From Octopus sinensis (lineage: Eukaryota): a DNA stretch of 64,000 nucleotides. Position 1 is the stretch's first letter; each line of letters begins with the position of its first letter. The notes beneath the pieces were generated by a model that ran no database searches, was not told the DNA's origin, and saw only the letters and a list, made by a program, of their open reading frames with translations. Location: assembly GCF_006345805.1 (NCBI RefSeq), contig NC_042998.1, forward strand, positions 139,934,001-139,998,000. Direction: 5' to 3'. A program made the position numbers and the translations under genes. Below are positions 52,328-63,781 of this stretch, in pieces.

Positions 52328-52629
52328 GTATAAAATTGAAAATTACATTGTTTATATCTCAGCAAACCAATCAAGTTTATTATGATCCAATAATTAGATT
52401 GAAATAAGCATGTCAGCAAAAATCACCCCCACATAAACCAACTTACAACATCATCATCATTGTCGCCATCATCATTATCATTTAATGTTCACTTTTCCCT
52501 TGCTTGCATATGTCAGATGGAATTTGTTAGGGTAGATTTTCTACAGCCAGATGCCAGGTATCCTGCAAATTCATGTGTATGTAAAAGAAATAATTGTTAC
52601 ATTTTACATGGTGTGTGTGTGTGTGTATA

Positions 52630-52826
52630 CGAGGAAGTGCGGCAAAGTTCCTGGCTTTGAGGGTATAGCAAAAGGCCCAGTTGGAGGCCCAACCTTCTGA
52701 GCTCTTTTACAAGGCTTAGAAAAACTGAAGGGCTGCTACAATAAGTGTATGAATCTGAGAGGGGAATATGTTGAGTAAAATTCATAATTAACTGACTCCT
52801 GTATTTTCTTTTACCCAAAGTCAGGA
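52630..52826 (+). mobile_element. Mariner-derived MITE (internal deletion)
   Basis: ta|cgaggaagtgcggcaaagttcctggctttg end; transposase C-terminal remnant GLEKLKGCYNKCMNLRGEYVE*; partial right TIR caaagtcagga. Confidence 0.6.
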
Positions 52827-53122
52827 TGTGTATGTATGCATACACACACATAGTTAAAAGGATAAAGCTCCTTTCTGAGTCATATAGACTCATAAGGCCA
52901 GTTTCTTGGTTTCTATGGCATATGTATTCCCAACTGGACAGGACGCCAGCCTGTCACAGGATTACTCATTTTTTGCCAGCTGAGTGAACTGCAGCAACAT
53001 AAAATGAAGTGTTTCACTCAAGAACACAATGCATTGCCCAGTCCAGAAACTGAAATCACAATCTTATGATCATGAGTCCAACACCGTAACCACTAAGCCA
53101 TGTTCCCCACACACACTCATAT

Positions 53123-53225
53123 ATATCTGTCTGGAGTTGCCTCTCTTTGATGTTTCTCACTGATAACAGCTAAAGAACTAGAAATGCATCTGAGAATCTG
53201 ATTGGGAGAGGCATCAGATAGATAT
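53123..53225 (+). ncRNA. Minimal hammerhead motif with extended stem I (G8A-mutated)
   Basis: ttctca-CTGATAA-...-GAAA-tgca-TC-tgagaa (53154-53196); palindromic ATGCAT stem III; outer pairings tgcctctc/gagaggca and atatctgtctg/cagatagatat. Confidence 0.65.
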
Positions 53226-53565
53226 AGTATCTTTACACCTTTTTACCATAAGTGAGAATTTTTTCTCCCTGATAGCTGCAGTGAATTTGCCTTTAAAAGT
53301 TGAAATATGTCACAAACATTCTAACTAACCTAAAGTTTGTTCATGTCTAAACACAGCTTGGTGCTGATACTACTGTAATACGTATGCATGTGTGTGTGTG
53401 TATATTCACACACACACATGCATGCACACACACACACACATACACACAATTTCTGCCTACCAAATTGACTCACAAAGCTTGCTTTGGTTAGCCCAGAGCT
53501 ATAGTAATTTCATGTTAATTTATGTTTCAAACATTAGCTCAGTAATGACAAAATTGCTTTATTAA

Positions 53566-53785
53566 CCCTTTAGCATTCACATTACTTTGTCAAATGGAAT
53601 GCTTATTTATTTATATTGTTTTGAATTAATCATATATTATCTTGTAGCTTTAAAATTTTGATGATGCAATTGTATATTTTTAGTATAATATTGTAGGGTT
53701 GGTGTGGGAGACCAGGTCTGTCTGGTTTGATCATAAAACAGGTAGAATATTTGGGCCAGATATGGCTGGTTTTAATATTAAAGGG
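53566..53785. mobile_element. piggyBac-type MITE nested in another repeat
   Basis: ttaa|ccctttagcatt ... ttaaaggg|ctaa; the flanks rejoin into the repeat seen uninterrupted at ~29000-29090. Confidence 0.75.
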
Positions 53786-54625
53786 CTAAATTCTTCATTA
53801 TTTTTTTAAAATTAATGAAATGATGAGTAAATTGGTTAACTTTATGTTAAGAGATGAGAGACAAAAGGTGGGCAGAAGCATGAGAGAAGGGGCCAGAAAA
53901 GAACAGGTTTCTTGCTGTAGAGGAACTACACAGTTACTAACATTTTAGAATAGAGGTTGGGAATGATGGGGTGGAACTAAAGAGTGATGGTGGGGTGAAT
54001 AGATGGTGGCAGAGGGGTAGCTGTTTCATTTCTGAAGATATGAAAATAAATGTCTGTTATGGTTTTGTCTTTGTAATATAACAGTTTCTGAAAATGTAAT
54101 TTCCGTGAATTAGAACTGCTGTATTATTAATTGGAAGTCGTAAAAAAAAAGACACCAAGTACTTTTCCTGATATATTTTCATTTAAAATTCCTTTTAAGA
54201 TTCTCATTTCACATATGAAGACACAACCCTTAAAAATGCAAGCACATTTTAGTCACAGAATATTGACACAATTTAAACAAGATTGATTTAAAATTTTACA
54301 CTTCCTATTATTAATTTTACCCCTATTATAATTATTTTTATTCCTACTATCATTTTTATCCCTAAAGTGATGATCTGGCAGAACTGTTAGCATGCCAGAC
54401 AAAATACTAAGCAACATTTCTCTCACATTTGCATTTTGAGTTCAAACATCACTATAATCAATTTTGGTTTCCATCTTTTCAATGAAATAAGTACCAGTCA
54501 AGCACCGAGGTTGATGTAATTGACTAGCCCTCTTCCTCAATATTTCAGGCTTTCTGCCCATATTAGATAAGATTATTATTTTTACTCCTCTTTTTAATTT
54601 TTACTCTTCCTACATTGTTTTTCAG

Positions 54626-54657
54626 ACAAACCAATCGCTTCTAGAGTTGAAATTCAA
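54626..54657 (+). CDS. Coding exon 5 (32 nt): (D)KPIASRVEIQ
   Basis: ttgtttttcag acceptor after a long pyrimidine tract; caa|gtaagt donor; phase 1/0. Confidence 0.75.
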
Positions 54658-54904
54658 GTAAGTTATTTTGCATTTTATTAAATGTTATGTTCATGATCAA
54701 GTCATTGTGTTGTTTCTTTCATTTCCAGTATCATTCATACTTTAGTAGTCCTCACTTGTCAATCAATAATTTTTAGCTAATTGTTCTTGAAATAAATATA
54801 GTATTTTAATAGTAAGTACAAACATATGTAAACATAAAGACAATGCATTTATAATTCAACAAGATAGAGAAATAATAAGGCAACTTTAACATTATATATA
54901 TATA

Positions 54905-55365
54905 CTATAAATAATATATAAATATATGCATATATACATACATATATGTACATACCTACATCTATATGTATATATACATGCATATATGGGTACAGGACAT
55001 AAAATAACGTTGAACACAATGAGAAACAAAAACATAAAAACAAAATCATGGAAACAAACTCTTTTTTCAAACAACGAAAAAGACAGAATACAAGACATAC
55101 AACAGAAGGAATATTCCCCCTTTTCAGTTGTCCCTATTTTGTCTACTCCACGTAACTGAAGAAGGGGAATATTCCTTGTGTTGTATGTCTTGTACTCTGT
55201 TTTTTCGTTGTTTGAAAAAGAAGTTCATTTCCATGTTTTCATTTCTCATTCTGTTCAACATTTTTTTTGATGTCCTGTACCCATATATGCATGTATATAT
55301 ACATATAAATGTAGGTATGTACATATATGTATGTATATATGCATATATTTATATATTATTTATAT
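54905..55365. repeat. ~220-bp-arm inverted repeat with a 24-nt spacer
   Basis: 54905-55129 pairs with 55154-55365; both outer ends run into TA-rich tracts. Confidence 0.88.
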
Positions 55366-55406
55366 TATTATATGATCGAACGGCATGCATATTGACCAAA
55401 TAAGTT

Positions 55407-55490
<84 letters not shown>

Positions 55491-55529
55491 ATATATATAT
55501 ATATATACATATACACACACACGCATATA

Positions 55530-55710
55530 ATTTAATGAATACAGGATTTATATGTGAGCTTCTTAAAGTTTCATGCTTGGATGGTTCAGTGATCAGATGG
55601 GCTTGTATAGTGTATTGTGCATGATCTGTCTATATAAGCCTGTCCAATTACTGCTATATCTGAGCATGAAACTTTAAGTAGCTCATGTATAACTTCTGTA
55701 TTCATTAAAT
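55530..55710. repeat. ~80-bp-arm imperfect hairpin
   Basis: atttaatgaatacag...cttaaagtttcatgct...cttgtatag pairs with ctatataag...agcatgaaactttaag...ctgtattcattaaat. Confidence 0.8.
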
Positions 55711-56227
55711 CATACTTATCTCTTACTAGACTGAGTACTGTTTTGCTGATCCTATCAACAAGAAATAATATACTACTACTACTGATTTTTTCTCACTAAC
55801 TCCTCTAAATGTAAGAAGAATTTGTTCTGCCCCAGCCCTTTCCTAATGCCAACCACTTTATGGAGTGTATTAGGTACTTTGTTCATGGCACCAATGTCTT
55901 GCAAAATTAAGATCCTCTTCAATGGAGTGGGACTACAGTGAATAGGGGAGTGCTTTTATGCTAAGAGGTGAGAGGTTAAAGTATGAAAGAAAAGGCCTGA
56001 ACTGAACGGGTTTCTTACTGTAGATAAACTTCATGGTTACTCATATTACTAGGTGGAGTAACTGGGGTGAAACAAATGGAAAACAGGGCAAGTAACATAA
56101 AGAATGACCCTTCATCAGTTGTCAACTGTCTGTCAACTCCTCATTTCAAGCATTGAAAAACAATATGAGTCTTTGAAGACAGTTGCTCTCATAAGTACCA
56201 AAATAAAATTTGGGATTTATGAAGGGT

Positions 56228-56480
56228 AAAGAACAATACATAGGCCAAACAAAAAACAGTCTATGTAAAAGAATGGCTCTGCACAGATCCCAGATCAAAA
56301 TTCCCCAAAACAGAAAAATAGCATTCAGCTAACACATAGACATTTGCGCCAATAACAAAAATCCAAGCTTCAGAATTTTTCCCCTCTACCAATTCAGGGA
56401 AGATACAACCTGAAGCCAATGAATCAGTAAAGAGACTTTCTTTATTACAAAATACAGACCCCTTTTGAACGCGTCTACGA
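56228..56480 (+). pseudogene. Penelope-like GIY-YIG endonuclease remnant (related subfamily)
   Basis: KEQYIGQTKNSLCKRMALHRSQIKIPQNRKIAFS*HIDICANNKNPSFRIFPLYQFREDTT*...KYRPLLN aligns by eye to the C-terminus of the 23926-25029 protein. Confidence 0.85.
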
Positions 56481-56902
56481 CAAACGACATATCCACCACG
56501 GCCTTAGAATAACACAAATACACACGCAAATATCAAAAATGATACACTCAAGAGAATCCCAAGAATTCATTAAAAAACAGTCCCAATCACTGCTATAACC
56601 CATAACGAGCCAATTTTAAATCACTTGACTATTTAACACCTTACTACTTTCATATGACCTACATTCTTTCTTATTCTCCCTTCTCTTTCTTCTTTTTCGT
56701 CTCCTTCCTCCTCCTTCCTAACTTTACCACTATTGCGGTTTAGAATAACATCTATGCAAATTTTATAAACAAAACATTCAAAAGAGATGTTTCAGGAATT
56801 CTACAATTACTACTACCATCCACAGCAGGTCACTTGACCATTTTACTACCGTCCACAGCGGGCAGTTGACCATTTAACATACTACTATCATGGCACCTCC
56901 AC

Positions 56903-57088
56903 CTTCTTCTTCTTCTTCTTCTTCTTCTCTTCTTCTTCTTCTTCTTCTCTTCTTCTTCATCATCATCTTCTTCTTCTTCTTCTTCTTCTTCTTCTTCTTC
57001 TTCTTCTTCATCATCATCATCTTCTTCTTCTTCTTCTTCTTCTTCTTCTTCTTTCTTCTTCTTCTTCTTCTTCTTCTCCTCCTCCTTC
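56903..57088. repeat. (CTT)n/(CAT)n compound microsatellite
   Basis: Direct reading; a similar (CTG)n(CTT)n tract lies at 17015-17110. Confidence 0.95.
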
Positions 57089-57433
57089 TATATATATATA
57101 TATATCTTATATATATATAATTTATATTATTATTTATTTATATATATGCATATATATAATTTATATTATTATTTGATTGAATGCCACACATTCATTTCCA
57201 AGTATATATATAGATTGTTCTTCTATTCTAGAATCTTGGTTTCACCAAGATGGGGTGGGAATCTTGAGCACTGCATATTACCAGTCATCCTTGAAAGTCC
57301 TGAGATCAGTCTTCACTATTTCATTCCATGTCTTCTTGAGTTTCTGTCTTCCACATATATAACATTTATTATATTTTGTAGTTGATTTAAGTGTTGACAA
57401 TTGTAATTTTTTTACTGTTTTGCTTTCTTATAG

Positions 57434-57503
57434 GGAGGAGCAACTGTACACTGGGAGAACCCAATAGATTCCATTTCCTCAGCAACTGCTGTATCAAGGA
57501 AAA
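57434..57503 (+). CDS. Coding exon 6: GGATVHWENPIDSISSATAVSRK
   Basis: tttcttatag acceptor; aaa|gtaaga donor; 70 nt, phase 0/1. Confidence 0.75.
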
Positions 57504-60500
57504 GTAAGAGAATTATTTCTTTTCATCATCATTATCATCGTTATCACCGTGACTACCCCACATTATATAAGGGTAGGTGGGAGTAGTTGGAAAGAAGACT
57601 TTTGCTAATTGTTTTAGATACTTATTTAGTCGCAAGCAGACATAAATATCCTCTTATTAGCTTTCCTAACCTTTGGCCCATTGGAACATAAAAGATGTGA
57701 CAGATGGAGTGAGTGAGAAAGAGGGTTGCACTAGCACTCAGCTGGTACTTGTCTTCAGATGGGTGTACTGGAACAACATGCAATGAAGTGCCTTGCTTGT
57801 ACAAGACATGCCTGGTCCATGAATGGAATTCATGATCTTACAATTACAAGCCCAATACTCTAATCACTGGATTACATACCTGATTGCAAGTACTCGGTTT
57901 TTATGGAATTTGTGTAATTATTTCAATTTAAAACAGGATTAAAAAACCCATCTGACACTAAACCCTCTTACTAATAACATGCACAGTAGTGTCAAATTAG
58001 AAGGAATGGTTTTTTTAAAACACCTTTTTTTTTACAAGAATTTTCCATGTAAGAGCTGGTTTTGATAATTCATGTTTTTAAACAAGTATTTTTACAACTA
58101 GCTGCTGCTTTCTTAATACTATAGACTCTTTTGTAAAGTACATGTTGCAACAGCAAATGCACATTGTGCACCAGTCTAAACTGTCTTAGTAATCATTATC
58201 ATCATCATCATCATCATCTAACGTCTGTCTTCAATGATGGCATGGGTTGGACGATTTGACAGGAGCTGGCCAGGCAGAAGACTACCTCAGGCTATTGTGT
58301 CTGTTTTGACACAGTCATAGCATGCCCTTCCTAACACCAACCACCCTGTAGAGTAGACTGAGTGGTTTTTATATGGCCCCAGCACAGGTGCGATCAGTTT
58401 TGGCATAGTTTTTACAGCTGGATACCCTTTCAAATGCCAACCACTTCACATTGTGGACTGGATGCTTTTTAGGTGATAACTAAAAGAAAAACAGTAAAAT
58501 ATTGGCTTCAAACTCTGGCATAGGGTCAGCTATTTTAGGGGAGGGGGTTAAGTCAGTTACATTGACCCCAGTATCCAACTGGTACTTATTTTATCGACTC
58601 TGAAGGGATGAAAGGCAAAGTTGGCATCGGTGGAATTTGAACTCAGAATGTGAAGACAGACGAAATGACACTTAGCATTTAGCCTGGAGTGCTAACCACC
58701 TTGAAAAAAAATGATAAAAATATTGACCACTTGAAGACATCAGAATTTTTTATCTGCTGCACCCTACAGAAGTAGTTATCTGTTGTCAGTCAGGCAGAAT
58801 GTGGCAAGCAGAGTAAGATGTTCTTTATAGGATGCAATACAAAACAAAAAATTTCAACTCTTGGTCTATATCATAAATTTGTAGCTGCTTTACTTGTTTA
58901 AATTGATTTAACTCTTAGACAATAGGACTTAATTAGATTTCCTACAAAAATATATATATAGTTTTCATCATTATCATCATCCTCATTTAATGTCCACTCT
59001 CTATGCTGGCATAGGTTAGACAGTTTGACTGGAGCCAATGAACCAGAGAGCTGCAAGAGGTTCCAGTCTGATTTGGCATGGTTTCTACAGTTGGATGCAC
59101 TTCCTAATGTCAACTACTCCAGGAGTGCTATGAGTGCTTTTATGTGCCACCAACATGGGTATCATTTACATGACACCAGCAATGACCACAACTATGATTC
59201 ATAGGTGCCATTTACATGGCACTGGCAATGATACAAAAGTAATTACTTTATTTTTTTATGATTTTTTCGAAAAATAAGTGTGTGACCTCTGTAGGGCTTG
59301 TGAAAAGGGCTCCGTCTTGTTGGCATTGCAACACCAAATGAAGCTTCATCTCTAAAAGGTTAAGAGCTACCTTCTATATTCTCTTCTTAGCCCATCCTTG
59401 CCATCATTCTCCTCATTGCTGGTGGTGGCATTGTGATTAAATTCCATGCTTGCATGGTTCAGAGAAAACTTTGTTGAGGCAGATTTTTCTACAGCCACAT
59501 GCTCTTCCTGTCACCAACGCTCACCTTTTTCCTGACAAAGTAAAATTTTTCTCTAGTTCTTTTGAATAACAAGTAGTTCAATGGCCAGACATGCTTTCAT
59601 AGAGAATTGCAGGCAAACAATGCTTTTTCTATGATGGTGTTCTTTGTATCACAATAAACATGCTCATTTCAGGACAGGGGAATGTACACACACATGCACA
59701 CACACACATACACATGCACTCACTCACACACACTCATACTCTTACACATATCTGTATAGAAATACTTGGCTATGTAGTTAAAAGGTCTGCTTGCTAACCA
59801 CATAGTTTCAGGTTCAGTCCTACTGTGTAGCACTTTAAGCAAGTGCCTTCTTCCATAGCCCTGAGCCAACCAAAACTGTGTGAGTGGAGTTGGCAGACAG
59901 AAACTGAAAGCCTATCGTATATATGTTTGTGTGTGTGTGTGTCCTTGTTTTGGCATTGCATGATAGTTGTAAATGATTGTCACTGTCATACAAGCAGTGT
60001 CATTCATTTCCAATATTCTGCAAAAATATGTCTGGCCAGTGGGGAAATATTATCTTGCATGGAAACAATGAGGGTTGATGACAGGAAGGGCATCCAGCCA
60101 TAGAGAAACTACCTCAATAAATTTCATCTAACTCATGCAGACATAGAGAAGTGGACGTTAAATGCTGCTGCTGTTGCTGCTGATGATGATGATATAGTTC
60201 CTTCCTACCAAGTTTCTCTCATAGGCCATTGATATATTGCTATAGTAGAAGGCACCAACTGATAGTGTCCATGCCATAGGAATGAACCCTTTACCACCTA
60301 GTTTCAAAGCTGACTTCTTCATCACACAGCCATTCCCTAGGTATGATGCAGCATTAGCTCATTACTATGTGTGAGAGTAGCAGCCTCCTGCTACTCTCAT
60401 ACAGACACGCTACAGCAATGAAAGTGATTATTAAAGGCTGATAAATTTTCATTAACCTTTCAAAATTCCGAACATAAGGAAAAAAATTCCCAAATTTGTA

Positions 60501-60549
60501 AAACTCTATTCATAGAAGTTTAATTATCTCCTCATATTTTATTTTATAG

Positions 60550-60599
60550 GCTTAATCGATGATTCTCAAAGATTAATTCAGTCTAATGAACGCTATGAA
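60550..60599 (+). CDS. Coding exon 7: (S)LIDDSQRLIQSNERYE
   Basis: ttttattttatag acceptor; gaa|gtaagt donor; 50 nt, phase 1/0. Confidence 0.72.
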
Positions 60600-61748
60600 G
60601 TAAGTATTAAGTGTTTTTAGACAAACCTATACAAAACTATTCCATGCTATTCCATTTTCTATGAAAAATTTGATCCTGGTCAGAGTTTCAATGATATCAA
60701 ACAGTACAGATTAAACCTGCTTTTGGAATCTAGCTTCCATTCATATCTTTTATAAACACACCTCTTTCATCTGTCAATGGGGGGGAATTGGTAAATATCT
60801 GCACATTTTTATTGTTTTTAAATTACAAAAGAATGATTGAAATTTTTGCAATACAAAGAATTGCTTTTGTTTGTATTGATATGCGTTATGTTTATAGCAA
60901 GTATATTTTATAGCTAATAAACCTCATTTCAACTGAGTTTTTATTTAGCTTCAGATGATATTCTTTTGATTAAATATCAGGTTGTAATGTAATTAAATTG
61001 TAAAAGAATGCCGATGTATTGTGGTGAATTGTAATCATAAATTGTAATATAATAAAGTGCAAATATAACACAAAGCCGTTGCAATAGCAATAAAGTACAA
61101 TGACTTCGAAGCCACGACAACGACTTTGTTTTATTGACTATCTGTTGTTGTTCAGCAGCAGCAGCAGTAGCAGGCAACACTATTTCTTACCTTAGAATTT
61201 CGAAATCTAAAAGCTACAGTCAATTGTGAGCAAAATTACATTTAAATATTCCCCTTATAATAAAAATTCTCTTTGAATGCACAATACTAAATATTAATTC
61301 CGTTTGATTGAAGGAAACTCAAACAATTAATTTCTCTTGGTTTGTTTCGAGCTTCTCAAGTCAAGAAGGACAGTTTTATAATAGATTCTATGATGTCATT
61401 GTTACTGGATGATATTGTTTGGCCGATGTGTAAGGCACAAATTTAATTAAATATTTCTTGTTAAAAGATGTGTAGGAAAAGTTATAACTTGAAATGAGTG
61501 GATAATATATTTCTAGTAGTTTTATATTTAGTGAGCTTGATACTGCAAGCCAAGTTTGTGGACTCTGTCGTGATTTCTATTTCATGCTATTTTCTGTTCA
61601 GCTTCACAGGATAATGTCTTTACAGAAAGGCATGACTATCACAACACACCTTATTCACTTCTACTTCAAAAAATATTGTGTTGCATGTCTACCCCCAAAA
61701 GGTAGTAGGAAACTATTCCAATGTACTCATTTTGGTATACCTTGTTAA

Positions 61749-61968
61749 CCCTTTAGCATTTAAGCCATCCATATCCGGCCCAAATATTTTACCTGTTATA
61801 TGGCACAATTGAACTGATCTGGCTTCTCACACCTATTCTACAATGTCATTCTAAAAATAAACAATCATATGATTGAAATCTCAAAGCTATGAGATAATGC
61901 ATGACTAATTCAAATTAGTGTGAATAAATAAGCATTACATTTGACAGAGTAATCTGAATACAAAAGGG
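61749..61968. mobile_element. piggyBac-type MITE
   Basis: ttaa|ccctttagcatt ... caaaaggg|ttaa; reverse orientation of the 46620 copy. Confidence 0.8.
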
Positions 61969-63781
61969 TTAAAGTTATTGTGGGTTGTGTCTAGAAATGG
62001 ATATGTTACTAATATAAGAAAGTGGCATCATATTTATGTGAAGTGAATATATGTAGACTAGTGGTTTGGGTGTTGGGGTTCAATTCCTGGACTGGTTGGT
62101 AACCATATCTTTTTGAACAAAGTGTTTTTCATGTTATTCCACTTTCTCCATCTGAAAATGAGTGCCAGCTTTGTGCTGTGGCACCCCCATCTCTCTCTCT
62201 CTCTCTCCATCTGTCACATCCTCGATGTTCTGCTAGATCAATTCTGAAGAGGTGTCTATGTCTGCATGTGACATAGGTACCTAAAATAATTAGCAAAAGC
62301 ACATAGGACCAAGTCATACTCGCTTGTGAATCACTGCTATGACATCCACATGTCTACTACAGAGATTATGTATAAATATGTTTAAATATTACCATTTTAC
62401 AGGGGTGTAAAGATTCAAATCTATAGTGAATGGGAAATGGGAATTTATAAAAGCAAATCTTTCCCAATGATATAAGTGAATTCCCCATTCTTTAAATGAA
62501 TTCTCTATCTTAAGTCAGCAGAAGTTTCACAGGGACACTAATGATTCAAAGGTTGACTTGTCCTGTACTAATGACCTGGTGGGTGGAGAAGTTGGAAACA
62601 TGTTGGAATCTACTAAAATTGAGATATGCAAATGATTCATTCCTAAGATTTCAACTGAAATTTTGGTTAATTTACTTGATGTTACACAAACAGAAATCAC
62701 AAAAGCTCTCTTGGTACCTAACTGTCTTGTCATTCTGTATCATGGAGGCAGAAGCCCCATTTCCAGCCACCCAAACTAACTCTGTAAGCTCCCTCCTCCT
62801 ACCTACATAAAAGTAACAACTTTTATGTAGGGCCACTTAATTAGACCTGGCTTGGTAATTAAGCCCCTATTCCATTCCATATGAAGAAGTTTAACTTCTT
62901 AACTATAATGAAAGTAACACGACTATGAAGCTGTGTACTCTGAAGAAGAACTTGACATCATTTAACATCTGTTTTTCCATGTCAACCTTCATCAAGCAGC
63001 CTTATGATCAAACACATCCAAACCTTCACTCTACCATTTCTATTTCTATTTATTAAACCTTGCTGTTTCTGTTTATGGAAGGAAATCATTTAACATTTCA
63101 GAATAGTAATTATTAGTATTAGCAGAGGGCTAAATAATCCAAATGTGTACTGCACCAGACTGAGTATAGGCACAAAGTGTCTCTGAAAAACTTTGCCTGT
63201 GTTAGACTTTTATTATATTGAAATAGAAGGCAGCAAACTGGCAGAATCATCACCACACCAAACAAGATGCTTAATAGCATTTCTTCCAGCTTTTTATGTC
63301 CTGATTGCAAATGCTGCTGAGGTCAACTTTGCCTTTCATCCTTTGCGGGTCAATAAAATATGTACCAGTCAAGTTCTGAAGTTGACGTAATCAACTAACC
63401 CTCTCCCCATAAAGTAAAGTAATATTTCCATGTCTAGACATGTTTCCACAGAAGATTGGAAACAAAGGGCATCACTTGCATGGCAGTGACACTCACAACT
63501 CTCAAAGCAAGGAGACAACTAAGTCACTCTCTCTCTTTTTCTTTCTCTCTCTCTCTCTCTCACTCTCTCTCCCTCCCTCCCTCTAACATACACACACACG
63601 CATCTGACAGGCTTCTGTTAGTTTCTGCCTACCAATTCCACTTTGGTTAGCCCAGGGTTATAATAAAAGGCATTTGCCCTTGGTGCTTGAAACCATGTGG
63701 TTAGGAAGCAAACTTCCTACCACACAGCCATGTCTATACCAGACAGTCCGACTGTATATACATGAAAAGGTCTCACCTTAA

